Positions 1 to 13,749 of a stretch of 64,000 nucleotides of DNA are shown one piece after another; position 1 is the stretch's first letter; each line of letters opens with the position of its first letter. The DNA is taken from NCBI RefSeq assembly GCF_009914755.1, contig NC_060940.1. One strand, 5' to 3'. Source of the stretch: the human T2T-CHM13v2.0 reference genome, Homo sapiens. Under the pieces are notes generated by a model that saw nothing but the letters and a program-made list of their open reading frames with translations, did no database searches and was not told the DNA's origin. The translations under genes and the position numbers were made by a program.

Positions 1-3000
1 GATTCCATTCTATTCCATTCAATGATTGCATTCAATTCCATTCAATGATCATCCCCTTAGAGTAAACTCAACGATTCCATTCAATACCATTCGATGATGA
101 TTCCTTTTGAGTCCATTCAATGATTTCGTTCAAGTCCATTTGATGATTCCTTTCAATTCCATTCTATGATGATTCCATTCGAGTCCATTCGATGATTCCA
201 TTCGATTACATTCGTCGATTCCATTATATTCCATTCAACGATGATTCCATTCGAGTCCATTCGATGATTCCATTAGAGTACATTTAATGATTGCTTTGTT
301 TTCAATTCGAAGATGATTACATTGGATTCCATTCTATGATACCATTCGATTCCATTCAATGATGATTCCACTCAAATCCATTGGATGATTCCATTCGTGT
401 CCATTCGGTGATTTCATTAGATTCCATTCGAGGATGATTCCATTCGATTCCATTCGATGATTCCATTCAATTCCATTCGATGATGATTCCATTCGAGTCC
501 ATATGATCATTCCATTTGATTTCATTCGATGATGATTCCATTCGATTCCATTCGATGATTCCATTCTATTCCATTCGATGATGATTCCATTCGAGTCCAT
601 TCGATGATTCCATTCGAGTCCATTTAATGATTCCATTGTGTTCAATTCAATGACGATTACATTGGATTCCGTTCTATGATTCCATTCAATTCCGTTCATT
701 GACAATTTGATTCCATTCGATGATGATTCCATTTGAGTTCATTCGATGATTCTATTCGATTCTCTTCGATGGTGATTCAATTCTATTATATTGGATGAAT
801 CCATTCGATTCCATTTGATGTTGATTCAATTCGATTCTATTCGATGATGATTCCATTGGATTTCACTTGATGATTCTATTCGATTCCATTCAATGATGAT
901 TCACTTCTCGTCCATTGGATGATTCCATTTCATTCCATTCGATGATGATTCCATTCGATTCCATTCGATGATTCCATTCTATTCCATTCGATGATGATTC
1001 CATTCGAGTCCATTCGATGATTCCATTCGAGTCCATTTAATGATTCCATTGTGTTCAATTCAATGACGATTACATTGGATTCCGTTCTATGATTCCATTC
1101 AATTCCGTTCATTGACAATTTGATTCCATTCGATGATGATTCCATTTGAGTTCATTCGATGATTCTATTCGATTCTCTTCGATGGTGATTCAATTCTATT
1201 ATATTGGATGAATCCATTCGATTCCATTTGATGTTGATTCAATTCGATTCTATTCGATGATGATTCCATTGGATTTCACTTGATGATTCTATTCGATTCC
1301 ATTCAATGATGATTCACTTCTCGTCCATTGGATGATTCCATTTCATTCCATTCGATGATGATTCCATTCGATTCCATTCGATGATTCCATTTGATTCCAT
1401 GCGACGGTGAGCAATTCGATTCAATTCCATGATGATTCTATTTGATTCAATTAGATGATGTTTCCATTCGAATTCGTTCCATGAATATTCCATTGGAATC
1501 CATTCGGCGATGATTCCATATGAGTCAATTCAATGATGATTCCATATGGGTCCGTTCGATGATAATTCCATTTGATTTCATTCGATGCTTCTATTGTATT
1601 CCAGTCGATGATGATTCCGTTGGAGTCCATACGATGATTCCATTTGATTTCATTTGATGATGATTCCATTCGATGATGATTACATTGGATTCCATTCTAT
1701 GATTCCATTCAATTCCATTCGTTGATTCGATTCCATTCAATGATGATTCCATTTGAGTTCATTCGATGATTCCATTCGATTCCATTCGATGATGATTGGA
1801 TTCGATTCCATTTGATTATTTCATTTCATTCCATTCGTTAATGATTTCGATCAATTCCATTCAAAGATTCCATTCGATTCCATTCGATAATGATTACATC
1901 CGAGTCCATTCGATGATTCCATTTGAGCCTGTTCGATAATTCCATTTGAGTCCAACCAATGATTCCATTCATTTCCATTCAATGATTCCATTCGAGTCCA
2001 TTTGATCATTCCGGTAGGGTCCATTCGATGTTGATTCCATTGGAGTGCATTAGATGATTCCATTCGAGTCCATTCGATGATTCCATTCGATTCCATTCGA
2101 TGTTGATTCTGTTCAAATCCATTCGATGATTCCACTCGATTCCATTCGATGACTCCATTTGATCCCATTCGATGATTTCCTTTGATTCCCTTTGATGATC
2201 ATTCCATTTGATTCAATTCGGTGATTTCATTTGATTCCATTCAGTGATGTTTCCATTCGACTCCATTCGATGATGATTCCATTCGACTCCATTCGATTAT
2301 GATTTCATTCAATTCCATTCGATAATGATTCCCTTCGAGTCCATTCGATGATTCCATTCGATTCCATTCAACGATGATTTGATTCGTGTCCATTCGATGA
2401 TTCCATTTGATTCCACTTGATGATGATTCCATTCGAGTCCATTTGATGATTCCATTCAATTCCATTCTCCGATGATTTCTTTTGAGCCCACTCAATGCTT
2501 CCACTCGATTCCATATGATGATGACTCCATTCGATGAAATTCGATGATGATTCCATTCGCTTGCTTTCGATGATGATTCCACTTGAGTCCGTTAGAAGAT
2601 TCTATTCAATTACATTCCATGACGATTCCGTTCGAGTCCATTTGATGATTCCATTAGACTCCATTCGACGATGATTCCATTCGATGTTATTCGATGATTC
2701 CATTCGATCTCATTCGTTGATGATTCCATTCACCTCCATTCGATGTTTCCATTCGAGTTCATTCTATTATTCCATTAGATTCCATTCGATGATGATTCCA
2801 TTCGATTCCATTTGATGACTGCATTCTATTTCATTTGATGATGATTCCATTCGAGTCCACTCGATGATTCCATTCGAGTCCATTTAATGAATCCATTGGT
2901 TTCAATTCTATGATGATTACATTGGATTCCATTCGTTGATGATTTCATTCGGTTCCATTCAATGATGATTCCATTCAATTCCTTTCAATGTTTCCATTCA

Positions 3001-6000
3001 ATTCCATACGATGATGATTCCATTTGATTTGATTCGACAGTGAGCCATTCGATTCAATTCCATGATGATTCTATTTGATTCAATTGGTTGACATTTCCAT
3101 TCGATTCCATTCGATGATGATTCCCTTTGATTCCATTCAAAGATGATTCCATTCTAGCCCATTCAATCATTCCATTCGATTCTATTCAATGATGATTCCA
3201 TTCATGTCGATTTGGTGATTCCATTTGACTTCATTTGATGATGATTCCTTTCAAGTTCATTAGATGATTCCATTCGATTCCATTTGATGATGATCCCATT
3301 CGAGTCCATTCAGTGATTCCATTCGTTTCCATTCCATGATGATTCCATTCCATTCCATTCAATGATTCCATTCGATTCTGTTTGATGATGATTTCATTCG
3401 AGTCCATTTGATGATTCCATTTGATTCCATTCGATGATGATTCCTTTCGAGTCCATTCGATGATTCTATTCGAATCCACTTGATGATTTCTTTTGATTAT
3501 AGTTGGTGATGATTCCTTTGGATTCCATTCAATGATTCCATTCGATTCCAATCGATGGTGATTCCATTAGAGTCCATTTAATGATTCCATTTGATTCCAG
3601 TCTCTGATGATTACATTCGAGTCCATACGATGATTCCACTCAATTCCATATGATGATGATTCCATTCGATTCCATTCGATGATTCCATTCTATTCTATTC
3701 AATGGTGATTCCATTCGAGTACATTAGATGATTCCATTCGATTCCATTCAATGATGATTCTATTTGTGTCCCTTAGATGATTCCACATGATTCCATTAGA
3801 TGATGATACTATTTGAGCCCATCCAATGATTCCCTTCGATTCCATTCGATGAGGATTCCATTCGATTCAATTCATTGGTGGTTCTATTCAATTCAATTCT
3901 TTGATTCCATTGCATTCCATTCGACAATGATTCCATTCGATTTCTTTTGATGATTCCACTCGATTCCACTTGACATTGATTCCATTCGATTCCATTCAAT
4001 AATTCCATTTGATTCCAGTGGATGATGATTGCCATCGATTCCATTCGATCACTCCATTCTATTCCATTTGATGATGATTACATTCGATTCCATTTGATGA
4101 TTCCATCTGATTCTATTCGAGGATTCCATTTGATTCCATTCGCTGATGATTCCATTCGAGTCCATTCGATGATTTCATTCGAGTCCATCCAATGATTCCA
4201 TTCGAGTCCATTTGATGATTCCATTTGATTCCATTTGATTATGATTCTACTAGAGTCCATTCAATGACTCCATTCGAGTCCATTCAACAATTCCATCCGA
4301 GTCCATTCGATGATTCCATTCGATTCCATTTGATGATTCCATTCGAGTCCATTTGGTGATTCCACTGGATTTCTTTTGATAATGATACCATTCAATTACA
4401 TTTGATGATGATCCCATTCAATTTCATTTGATGATGATTCCATTAGAGTCCATTCGATGATTTCATTCGAGTCCCTTCATTGATTCCATCCGATTTCATT
4501 GGATGATGACTCCATTCGAGTCCATTCGATGATTCCACTCGATTCCATTAGATGATTCCATTGGAGTCCATTTGATTGTTCCATTCGATTCCATTCGATT
4601 CCTTTCGAAGATTATTCCATTTGAGTCCATTCGATGATGATTCCATTCCATTCCATTCGATGATTCCGTTTGATTCCATTCGATGCTTCCCTTCGATTCC
4701 TTTCTTTGATGATTCCATTCCATTCCATTCAATGATTCCATTCGAATCTATTCCATGATGATTCCTTTCGATTCCATTCGCTGATGTTTCCGTTCAATTC
4801 CATTCGATGATGATTCCATTCGATTCCATTCATTGAGGATTCCATTTCATTCCATTCAATGATGATTCCATTCTATTCCATTCAATGATTGCATTCAATT
4901 CCATTCAATGATCATCCCCTTAGAGTAAACTCAACGATTCCATTCAATACCATTCGATGATGATTCCTTTTGAGTCCATTCAATGATTTCGTTCAAGTCC
5001 ATTTGATGATTCCTTTCAATTCCATTCTATGATGATTCCATTCGAGTCCATTCGATGATTCCATTCGATTACATTCGTCGATTCCATTATATTCCATTCA
5101 ACGATGATTCCATTCGAGTCCATTCGATGATTCCATTAGAGTACATTTAATGATTGCTTTGTTTTCAATTCGAAGATGATTACATTGGATTCCATTCTAT
5201 GATACCATTCGATTCCATTCAATGATGATTCCACTCAAATCCATTGGATGATTCCATTCGTGTCCATTCGGTGATTTCATTAGATTCCATTCGAGGATGA
5301 TTCCATTCGATTCCATTCGATGATTCCATTCAATTCCATTCGATGATGATTCCACTCGAGTCCATATGATCATTCCATTTGATTTCATTCGATGATGATT
5401 CCATTCGATTCCATTCGATGATTCCATTCTATTCCATTCGATGATGATTCCATTCGAGTCCATTCGATGATTCCATTCGAGTCCATTTAATGATTCCATT
5501 GTGTTCAATTCAATGACGATTACATTGGATTCCGTTCTATGATTCCATTCAATTCCGTTCATTGACAATTTGATTCCATTCGATGATGATTCCATTTGAG
5601 TTCATTCGATGATTCTATTCGATTCTCTTCGATGGTGATTCAATTCTATTATATTGGATGAATCCATTCGATTCCATTTGATGTTGATTCAATTCGATTC
5701 TATTCGATGATGATTCCATTGGATTTCACTTGATGATTCTATTCGATTCCATTCAATGATGATTCACTTCTCGTCCATTGGATGATTCCATTTCATTCCA
5801 TTCGATGATGATTCCATTCGATTCCATTCGATGATTCCATTTGATTCCATGCGACGGTGAGCAATTCGATTCAATTCCATGATGATTCTATTTGATTCAA
5901 TTAGATGATGTTTCCATTCGAATTCGTTCCATGATTATTCCATTGGAATCCATTCGGCGATGATTCCATATGAGTCAATTCAATGATGATTCCATATGGG

Positions 6001-9000
6001 TCCGTTCGATGATAATTCCATTTGATTTCATTCGATGCTTCTATTGTATTCCAGTCGATGATGATTCCGTTGGAGTCCATACGATGATTCCATTTGATTT
6101 CATTTGATGATGATTCCATTCGATGATGATTACATTGGATTCCATTCTATGATTCCATTCAATTCCATTCGTTGATGATTCGATTCCATTCAATGATGAT
6201 TCCATTTGAGTTCATTCGATGATTCCATTCGATTCCATTCGATGATGATTGGATTCGATTCCATTTGATTATTTCATTTCATTCCATTCGTTAATGATTT
6301 CGATCAATTCCATTCAATGATTCCATTCGATTCCATTCGATAATGATTACATCCGAGTCCATTCGATGATTCCATTTGAGCCTGTTCGATAATTCCATTT
6401 GAGTCCAACCAATGATTCCATTCATTTCCATTCAATGATTCCATTCGAGTCCATTTGATCATTCCGGTAGGGTCCATTCGATGTTGATTCCATTGGAGTG
6501 CATTAGATGATTCCATTCGAGTCCATTCGATGATTCCATTCGATTCCATTCGATGTTGATTCTGTTCAAATCCATTCGATGATTCCACTCGATTCCATTC
6601 GATGACTCCATTTGATCCCATTCGATGATTTCCTTTGATTCCCTTTGATGATCATTCCATTTGATTCAATTCGGTGATTTCATTTGATTCCATTCAGTGA
6701 TGTTTCCATTCGACTCCATTCGATGATGATTCCATTCGACTCCATTCGATTATGATTTCATTCAATTCCATTCGATAATGATTCCCTTCGAGTCCATTCG
6801 ATGATTCCATTCGATTCCATTCAACGATGATTTGATTCGTGTCCATTCGATGATTCCATTTGATTCCACTTGATGATGATTCCATTCGAGTCCATTTGAT
6901 GATTCCATTCAATTCCATTCTCCGATGATTTCTTTTGAGCCCACTCAATGCTTCCACTCGATTCCATATGATGATGACTCCATTCGATGAAATTCGATGA
7001 TGATTCCATTCGCTTGCTTTCGATGATGATTCCACTTGAGTCCGTTAGAAGATTCTATTCAATTACATTCCATGACGATTCCGTTCGAGTCCATTTGATG
7101 ATTCCATTAGACTCCATTCGACGATGATTCCATTCGATGTTATTCGATGATTCCATTCGATCTCATTCGTTGATGATTCCATTCAACTCCATTCGATGTT
7201 TCCATTCGAGTTCATTCTATTATTCCATTAGATTCCATTCGATGATGATTCCATTCGATTCCATTTGATGATTGCATTCTATTTCATTTGATGATGATTC
7301 CATTCGAGTCCACTCGATGATTCCATTCGAGTCCATTTAATGAATCCATTGGTTTCAATTCTATGATGATTACATTGGATTCCATTCGTTGATGATTTCA
7401 TTCGGTTCCATTCAATGATGATTCCATTCAATTCCTTTCAATGTTTCCATTCAATTCCATACGATGATGATTCCATTTGATTTGATTCGACAGTGAGCCA
7501 TTCGATTCAATTCCATGATGATTCTATTTGATTCAATTGGTTGACATTTCCATTCGATTCCATTCGATGATGATTCCCTTTGATTCCATTCAAAGATGAT
7601 TCCATTCTAGCCCATTCAATCATTCCATTCGATTCTATTCAATGATGATTCCATTCATGTCGATTTGGTGATTCCATTTGACTTCATTTGATGATGATTC
7701 CTTTCAAGTTCATTAGATGATTCCATTCGATTCCATTTGATGATGATCCCATTCGAGTCCATTCAGTGATTCCATTCGTTTCCATTCCATGATGATTCCA
7801 TTCCATTCCATGCAATGATTCCATTCGATTCCGTTTGATGATGATTTCATTCGAGTCCATTTGATGATTCCATTTGATTCCATTCGATGATGATTCCATT
7901 CGAGTCCATTCGATGATTCTATTCGAATCCATTTGATGATTTCTTTTGATTATAGTTGGTGATGATTCCATTGGAGTCCATTCAATGATTCCATTCGATT
8001 CCAATCGATGGTGATTCCATTAGAGTCCATTTAATGATTCCATTTGATTCCAGTCTCTGATGATTACATTCGAGTCCATACGATGATTCCACTCAATTCC
8101 ATATGATGATGATTCCATTCGATTCCATTCGATGATTCCATTCTATTCTATTCAATGGTGATTCCATTCGAGTACATTAGATGATTCCATTCGATTCCAT
8201 TCAATGATGATTCTATTTGTGTCCCTTAGATGATTCCACATGATTCCATTAGATGATGATACTATTTGAGCCCATCCAATGATTCCCTTCGATTCCATTC
8301 GATGAGGATTCCATTCGATTCAATTCATTGGTGATTCTATTCAATTCAATTCTTTGATTCCATTGCATTCCATTCGACAATGATTCCTTCGATTTCTTTC
8401 GATGATTCCACTCGATTCCACTTGACATTGATTCCATTCGATTCCATTCAATGATTCCATTTGATTCCAGTGGATGATGATTGCCATCGATTCCATTCGA
8501 TCACTCCATTCTATTCCATTTGATGATGATTACATTCGATTCCATTTGATGATTCCATCTGATTCTATTCGAGGATTCCATTTGATTCCATTCGCTGATG
8601 ATTCCATTCGAGTCCATTCGATGATTTCATTCGAGTACATCCAATGATTCCATTCGAGTCCATTTGATGATTCCATTTGATTCCATTTGATTATGATTCT
8701 ACTAGAGTCCATTCAATGACTCCATTCGAGTCCATTCAACAATTCCATTCGACTCCATTCGATGATTCCATTGGATTCCATTTGATGATTCCTTTCGAGT
8801 CCATTTAATCATTACAGTCGAGTCCATTTGGTGATTCCGCTGGATTTCCTTTGATAATGATACCATTCAATTTCATTTGATGATGATTCCATTAGAGTCC
8901 ATTCGATGATTTTATTCGAGTCCCTTCATTGATTCCATCCGATTTCATTGGATGATGACTCCATTCGAGTCCATTCGATGATTCCACTCGATTCCATTAG

Positions 9001-12000
9001 ATGATTCCATTGGAGTCCATTTGATTGTTCCATTCGATTCCATTCGATTCCTTTCGAAGATTATTCCATTTGAGTCCATTCGATGATGATTCCATTCCAT
9101 TCCATTCGATGATTCCGTTTGATTCCATTCGATGATTCCCTTCGATTCCTTTCTTTGATGATTCCATTCCATTCCATTCAATGATTCCATTCGAATCTAT
9201 TCCATGATGATTCCTTTCGATTCCATTCGCTGATGTTTCCGTTCAATTCCATTCGATGATGATTCCATTCGATTCCATTCATTGAGGATTCCATTTCATT
9301 CCATTCAATGATGATTCCATTCTATTCCATTCAATGATTGCATTCAATTCCATTCAATGATCATCCCCTTAGAGTAAACTCAACGATTCCATTCAATACC
9401 ATTCGATGATGATTCCTTTTGAGTCCATTCAATGATTTCGTTCAAGTCCATTTGATGATTCCTTTCAATTCCATTTTATGATGATTCCATTCGAGTCCAT
9501 TCGATGATTCCATTCGATTACATTCGTCGATTCCATTATATTCCATTCAACGATGATTCCATTCGAGTCCATTCGATGATTCCATTAGAGTACATTTAAT
9601 GATTGCTTTGTTTTCAATTCGAAGATGATTACATTGGATTCCATTCTATGATACCATTCGATTCCATTCAATGATGATTCCACTCAAATCCATTGGATGA
9701 TTCCATTCGTGTCCATTCGGTGATTTCATTAGATTCCATTCGAGGATGATTCCATTCGATTCCATTCGATGATTCCATTCAATTCCATTCGATGATGATT
9801 CCACTCGAGTCCATATGATCATTCCATTTGATTTCATTCGATGATGATTCCATTCGATTCCATTCGATGATTCCATTCTATTCCATTCGATGATGATTCC
9901 ATTCGAGTCCATTCGATGATTCCATTCGAGTCCATTTAATGATTCCATTGTGTTCAATTCAATGACGATTACATTGGATTCCGTTCTATGATTCCATTCA
10001 ATTCCGTTCATTGACAATTTGATTCCATTCGATGATGATTCCATTTGAGTTCATTCGATGATTCTATTCGATTCTCTTCGATGGTGATTCAATTCTATTA
10101 TATTGGATGAATCCATTCAATTCCATTTGATGTTGATTCAATTCGATTCTATTCGATGATGATTCCATTGGATTTCACTTGATGATTCTATTCGATTCCA
10201 TTCAATGATGATTCACTTCTCGTCCATTGGATGATTCCATTTCATTCCATTCGATGATGATTCCATTCGATTCCATTCGATGATTCCATTTGATTCCATG
10301 CGACGGTGAGCAATTCGATTCAATTCCATGATGATTCTATTTGATTCAATTAGATGATGTTTCCATTCGAATTCGTTCCATGATTATTCCATTGGAATCC
10401 ATTCGGCGATGATTCCATATGAGTCAATTCAATGATGATTCCATATGGGTCCGTTCGATGATAATTCCATTTGATTTCATTCGATGCTTCTATTGTATTC
10501 CAGTCGATGATGATTCCGTTGGAGTCCATACGATGATTCCATTTGATTTCATTCGATGATGATTCCATTCGATGATGATTACATTGGATTCCATTCTATG
10601 ATTCCATTCAATTCCATTCGTTGATGATTCGATTCCATTCAATGATGATTCCATTTGAGTTCATTCGATGATTCCATTCGATTCCATTCGATGATGATTG
10701 GATTCGATTCCATTTGATTATTTCATTTCATTCCATTCGTTAATGATTTCGATCAATTCCATTCAATGATTCCATTCGATTCCATTCGATAATGATTACA
10801 TCCGAGTCCATTCGATGATTCCATTTGAGCCTGTTCGATAATTCCATTTGAGTCCAACCAATGATTCCATTCATTTCCATTCAATGATTCCATTCGAGTC
10901 CATTTGATCATTCCGGTAGGGTCCATTCGATGTTGATTCCATTGGAGTGCATTAGATGATTCCATTCGAGTCCATTCGATGATTCCATTCGATTCCATTC
11001 GATGTTGATTCTGTTCAAATCCATTCGATGCTTCCACTCGATTCCATTCGATGACTCCATTTGATCCCATTCGATGATTTCCTTTGATTCCCTTTGATGA
11101 TCATTCCATTTGATTCAATTCGGTGATTTCATTTGATTCCATTCAGTGATGTTTCCATTCGACTCCATTCGATGATGATTCCATTCGACTCCATTCGATT
11201 ATGATTTCATTCAATTCCATTCGATAATGATTCCCTTCGAGTCCATTCGATGATTCCATTCGATTCCATTCAACGATGATTTGATTCGTGTCCATTCGAT
11301 GATTCCATTTGATTCCACTTGATGATGATTCCATTCGAGTCCATTTGATGATTCCATTCAATTCCATTCTCCGATGATTTCTTTTGAGCCCACTCAATGC
11401 TTCCACTCGATTCCATATGATGATGACTCCATTCGATGAAATTCGATGATGATTCCATTCGCTTGCTTTCGATGATGATTCCACTTGAGTCCGTTAGAAG
11501 ATTCTATTCAATTACATTCCATGACGATTCCGTTCGAGTCCATTTGATGATTCCATTAGACTCCATTCGACGATGATTCCATTCGATGTTATTCGATGAT
11601 TCCATTCGATCTCATTCGTTGATGATTCCATTCAACTCCATTCGATGTTTCCATTCGAGTTCATTCTATTATTCCATTAGATTCCATTCGATGATGATTC
11701 CATTCGATTCCATTTGATGATTGCATTCTATTTCATTTGATGATGATTCCATTCGAGTCCACTCGATGATTCCATTCGAGTCCATTTAATGAATCCATTG
11801 GTTTCAATTCTATGATGATTACATTGGATTCCATTCGTTGATGATTTCATTCGGTTCCATTCAATGATGATTCCATTCAATTCCTTTCAATGTTTCCATT
11901 CAATTCCATACGATGATGATTCCATTTGATTTGATTCGACAGTGAGCCATTCGATTCAATTCCATGATGATTCTATTTGATTCAATTGGTTGACATTTCC

Positions 12001-13749
12001 ATTCGATTCCATTCGATGATGATTCCCTTTGATTCCATTCAAAGATGATTCCATTCTAGCCCATTCAATCATTCCATTCGATTCTATTCAATGATGATTC
12101 CATTCATGTCGATTTGGTGATTCCATTTGACTTCATTTGATGATGATTCCTTTCAAGTTCATTAGATGATTCCATTCGATTCCATTTGATGATGATCCCA
12201 TTCGAGTCCATTCAGTGATTCCATTCGTTTCCATTCCATGATGATTCCATTCCATTCCATGCAATGATTCCATTCGATTCCGTTTGATGATGATTTCATT
12301 CGAGTCCATTTGATGATTCCATTTGATTCCATTCGATGATGATTCCATTCGAGTCCATTCGATGATTCTATTCGAATCCATTTGATGATTTCTTTTGATT
12401 ATAGTTGGTGATGATTCCATTGGAGTCCATTCAATGATTCCATTCGATTCCAATCGATGGTGATTCCATTAGAGTCCATTTAATGATTCCATTTGATTCC
12501 AGTCTCTGATGATTACATTCGAGTCCATACGATGATTCCACTCAATTCCATATGATGATGATTCCATTCGATTCCATTCGATGATTCCATTCTATTCTAT
12601 TCAATGGTGATTCCATTCGAGTACATTAGATGATTCCATTCGATTCCATTCAATGATGATTCTATTTGTGTCCCTTAGATGATTCCACATGATTCCATTA
12701 GATGATGATACTATTTGAGCCCATCCAATGATTCCCTTCGATTCCATTCGATGAGGATTCCATTCGATTCAATTCATTGGTGATTCTATTCAATTCAATT
12801 CTTTGATTCCATTGCATTCCATTCGACAATGATTCCATTCGATTTCTTTCGATGATTCCACTCGATTCCACTTGACATTGATTCCCTTCGATTCCATTCA
12901 ATGATTCCATTTGATTCCAGTGGATGATGATTGCCATCGATTCCATTCGATCACTCCATTCTATTCCATTTGATGATGATTACATTCGATTCCATTTGAT
13001 GATTCCATCTGATTCTATTCGAGGATTCCATTTGATTCCATTCGATGATGATTCCATTCGAGTCCATTCGATGATTTCATTCGAGTACATCCAATGATTC
13101 CATTCGAGTCCATTTGATGATTCCATTTGATTCCATTTGATAATGATTCTACTAGAGTCCATTCAATGACTCCATTGGAGTCCATTCAACAATTCCATTC
13201 GACTCCATTCGATGATTCCATTCGAGTCCATTTAATCATTACAGTCGAGTCCATTTGGTGATTCAACCGGATTTCTTTTGATAATGATACCATTCAATTA
13301 CATTTGATGATGATCCCATTCAATTTCATTTGATGATGATTCCATTAGAGTCCATTCGATGATTTCATTCGAGTCCCTTCATTGATTCCATCCGATTTCA
13401 TTGGATGATGACTCCATTCGAGTCCATTCGATGATTCCACTCGATTCCATTAGATGATTCCATTGGAGTCCATTTGATTGTTCCATTCGATTCCATTCGA
13501 TTCCTTTCGAAGATTATTCCATTTGAGTCCATTCGATGATGATTCCATTCCATTCCATTCGATGATTCCGTTTGATTCCATTCGATGATTCCCTTCGATT
13601 CCTTTCTTTGATGATTCCATTCCATTCCATTCAATGATTCCATTCGAATCTATTCCATGATGATTCCTTACGATTCCATTCGCTGATGTTTCCGTTCAAT
13701 TCCATTCGATGATGATTCCATTCGATTCCATTCATTGAGGATTCCATTT
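1..13749 (+). repeat. Domain of ~4.45-kb higher-order repeat units (about 3 copies in window, open to the left)
   Basis: Landmark spacing is 59->4922 = 4863 (4450 + a 413-bp duplication) and 4922->9371 = 4449. Domain-specific GAATTC sites at 1470, 5920 and 10369 are 4450 and 4449 apart. Equivalent ORFs recur at 2241/6694/11143. Confidence 0.93.
523..1348 (+). repeat. Tandem duplication of 413 bp (523-935, 936-1348)
   Basis: The segment containing ATTGACAATTTG...CACTTCTCGTCC occurs twice in succession. ORF starts 732 and 1145 differ by 413. The other units carry a single copy. Confidence 0.93.

Noticed and set aside
4576-4758. Only + strand ORF (60 aa)
   Set aside because: A chance loss of a TGA in one copy (GATGCTTCC at ~4682). 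It is absent from all other units.
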